From positions 1 to 33,896 of the IMG/VR virus record IMGVR_UViG_3300030376_003660: DNA of 33,896 bases; one strand, given 5' to 3'. The DNA comes from a virus (taxonomy: Duplodnaviria > Caudoviricetes). The notes below the pieces were generated by a model, which saw nothing but the letters and a program-made list of their open reading frames with translations, was not told the DNA's origin and did no database searches. The position numbers and the translations under genes were made by a program. Below, piece by piece: positions 33,147-33,896 of the stretch. Numbering within the stretch: the first letter of the stretch is position 1; the number at the start of each line of letters is the position of its first letter.

Positions 33147-33766
33147 GATTAACTCAGGAAGAAGCAGCAAGGGAAGCGCGGATAAGCCAGAGTCAGTATA
33201 GCAAAATCGAAAGAGGCGAAGTTACGCGCCCGTCATACAAGAAGCTCATACGAATAGCAGAAGCTTTGGGATGTACGGTCGAAGACATTACCGATGACGT
33301 TGAGCCAGAAGTCAAAACTGCTTTTCAAGCTTTTGTAAGTCCGGGCGCGGTGTTCATTCCGCTTTACTCAGAGAAGCAACCGATGAACAAAGAGTTTAAC
33401 CACGGCGATGGCTTTATCATAAGGCCAAACGCTGCCACCCAGCAGCAAATCAGGAAGCCCAGCTTCTTGGAATACAGTCAGACGGCCTATGCCATCACCA
33501 CTTACAGCGAAACTATGTCGCCGCGCTATAAGGCTGGCGATGTCCTATTCGTTGACCCCAAGCTGATACCACAGCCCGGCGATGATGTAGTGCTATTGTT
33601 TCAGTTGGAAGACCGTCTGGTCGGCATGGTGCGAGAGTGCGCCTCGCCAGACCCAAACGGGACGATCACAGTGCTTGACCTCAAGTCAGGCAAAAAGATC
33701 AACTTTATGACAAGCGACCTCTACGCAGTGCATGTCATTGTCGGTTCACAAAGGCATAGGGGCTAA
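33110..33766 (+). CDS. cI: CI-like repressor (XRE HTH plus S24-like domain)
   Basis: LTQEEAAREARISQSQYSKIERG HTH; TMSPRYKAGDVLFVDP...GDDVV S24-fold pattern. Confidence 0.88.
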   Translation: MHTRIKPLRQKLGLTQEEAAREARISQSQYSKIERGEVTRPSYKKLIRIAEALGCTVEDITDDVEPEVKTAFQAFVSPGAVFIPLYSEKQPMNKEFNHGDGFIIRPNAATQQQIRKPSFLEYSQTAYAITTYSETMSPRYKAGDVLFVDPKLIPQPGDDVVLLFQLEDRLVGMVRECASPDPNGTITVLDLKSGKKINFMTSDLYAVHVIVGSQRHRG

Positions 33767-33776
33767 ACAGCCCCTA
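33757..33776. terminator. Hairpin between convergent cI and int
   Basis: TAGGGGCT-AAAC-AGCCCCTA perfect 8-bp stem containing both stop codons; no U-tract on either side. Confidence 0.5.
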
Positions 33777-33797
33777 ACCAACCTCAACCACATAGTC
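33774..33797 (-). CDS. int: C-terminal end of the integrase (DYVVEVG-stop)
   Basis: In-frame continuation of 1-1101 across the circular junction; TAG at 33776-33774. Confidence 0.9.
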   Translation of the reverse strand, partial: DYVVEVG

Positions 33798-33896
33798 ATC
33801 CAGAAGCACATCGGCTTGCTTTACCTCACGGTAATGCTTGTCGGTGACTTCGCTGCCGATCACATGCCCAGCCAAGCGCTGCACATGGTCTTTCAT
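33798..33896. repeat. 99-bp terminal direct repeat, copy 2
   Basis: Identical to 1-99. Confidence 0.95.

Noticed and set aside
33798-33896. 99-bp terminal repeat as a biological direct terminal repeat
   Set aside because: Its length equals a common assembler k-mer and it falls inside the integrase ORF; it indicates circular assembly, not a virion end.

Overview
The window is an apparently complete circular genome of a temperate, short-tailed (P22-like morphogenesis) phage, about 33,797 bp. Positions 1-99 are identical to 33798-33896, an assembly overlap, and the tyrosine integrase gene reads across that junction. The host is probably a marine alphaproteobacterium (Roseobacter-like; inference from the attP tRNA fragment and protein motifs). 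Layout: integrase and attP (3' half of tRNA-Arg(CCT)); lysis module; tail fibre, ejection, tail, capsid, portal and terminase genes (all minus strand); a plus-strand cluster of small orphan genes (22.5-24.5 kb); a minus-strand early/replication operon (DUF6456/GafZ-like regulator, iteron-rich origin, primase-helicase, SSB, RecE-like exonuclease, alpha-CTD-like protein, C5 DNA methyltransferase, resolvase); and a cro/cI switch. Most notable observations: (1) the orphan genes are separated by ~83-bp repeats that fold into a covarying hairpin and supply both the upstream stop codon and the downstream RBS/ATG; (2) a predicted ~118-nt RNA with its own promoter and terminator, rich in anti-Shine-Dalgarno sequence and complementary to those RBSs; (3) a methyltransferase gene with a nested alternative-frame ORF and modular target-recognition region; (4) a CI-like repressor that seems to lack its autocleavage residues. 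All family calls come from motif recognition by eye; no searches were run.
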